Assembly: GCA_964016885.1 (NCBI GenBank)
Contig: OZ024761.1
Location: 8,680,001 to 8,744,000, forward strand
DNA from: Eledone cirrhosa
Taxonomy: Eukaryota
DNA: 64,000 nucleotides
Direction of reading: 5' to 3'
A program made the translations under genes and the position numbers. How positions within the stretch are numbered: position 1 is the stretch's first letter; the number at the start of each line of letters is the position of its first letter. Positions 62,966 to 64,000 of the stretch are shown piece after piece. Under the pieces are notes generated by a model, which made no database searches, was not told the DNA's origin, and was given only the letters and a program-made list of their open reading frames with translations.

Positions 62966-64000
62966 AGTCCACTGTGTCCTTGAGCAAGACACTTTATTTC
63001 ACATTGCTCCAGTCCACTGTGTCCTTCAGCAAGACACTTTATTTCATGTTGCTCCAGTCCACTGTGTCCTTGAGCAAGACACTTTATTTCATGTTCCTCC
63101 AGCCCACTGTGTCCTTGAACAAGACACTTTATTTCACGTTGCTCCAGTCCACTGTGTCCTTGAGCAAGACACTTTATTTCACATTACTCCAGTCCACTGT
63201 GTCCTTGAGCAAGACACTTTATTTCACATTGCTCCAGTCCACTGTGTCCTTCAGCAAGACACTTTATTTCACGTTGCTCCAGTCCACTGTGTCCTTGAAC
63301 AAGACACTTTATTTCACGTTACTCCAGTCCACTGTGTCCTTCAGCAAGACACTTTATTTCACATTGCTCCAGTCCACTGTGTCCTTCAGCAAGTCACTTT
63401 ATTTCACGTTGCTCCAGTCCACTGTGTCCTTGAGCAAGACACTTTATTTCACATTGCTCCAGTCCACTGTGTCCTTCAGCAAGACACTTTATTTCACGTT
63501 GCTCCAGTCCACTGTGTCCTTGAACAAGACACTTTATTTCACATTGCTCCAGTCCACTGTGTCCTTGAGCAAGACACTTTATTTCATGTTGCTCCAGTCC
63601 ATTGTGTCCTTCAGCAAGACACTTTATTTCACGTTGCTCCAGTCCACTGTGTCCTTCAGCAAGACACTTTATTTCACATTACTCCAGTCCACTGTGTCCT
63701 TGAGCAAGACACTTTATTTCATGTTGCTCCAGTCCACTGTGTCCTTCAGCAAGACACTTTATTTCACATTACTCCAGTCCACTGTGTCCTTGAGCAAGAC
63801 ACTTTATTTCACATTGCTCCAGTCCACTGTGTCCTTGAGCAAGACACTTTATTTCACGTTGCTCCAGTCCACTGTGTCCTTCAGCAAGTCACTTTATTTC
63901 ACGTTGCTCCAGTCCACTGTGTCCTTGAGCAAGACACTTTATTTCACATTGCTCCAGTCCACTGTGTCCTTCAGCAAGACACTTTATTTCACATTGCTCC
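62966..64000. repeat. 45-bp tandem array from the SINE central domain (runs off window)
   Basis: Unit AGTCCACTGTGTCCTTGAGCAAGACACTTTATTTCACATTGCTCC, preceded by a SINE head at ~62890-62960. Confidence 0.92.

Overview
Repeat-rich animal genomic DNA, most likely cephalopod/octopus (inferred from the SINE families, RTE LINE type and microsatellite load). Two spliced + strand genes can be assembled with consistent exon phases: the 3' part of an SLC15A4/PHT1-like proton-coupled peptide transporter (five coding exons, 3666-30168) and WDR25 (four coding exons, 52775-62819, continuing past the window). Introns and intergenic DNA hold an intact single-ORF RTE LINE with a PHD finger, two copies of a Tx1/L1-clade LINE, a DD37D maT transposon, a non-autonomous Helitron, Penelope-like, hAT, mariner and CR1 remnants, tRNA-derived SINEs and many tandem arrays grown from TE fragments. 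Most interesting: (1) three long inverted repeats each carrying a pair of minimal type I hammerhead ribozymes on opposite strands, one with a U3-A8 covariant core and one inside a WDR25 intron; (2) both Tx1 LINE copies join the same base of a 72-bp array that ends in a TTAA|CCC DNA-transposon end, resembling the Xenopus Tx1L/Tx1D composite; (3) splice signals themselves amplified: seven in-frame tandem acceptors before one SLC15A4 exon, a 6.1-kb 22-bp satellite running into the last acceptor, and duplicated WDR25 exon-donor pieces. All coordinates were read by eye; no searches were run.
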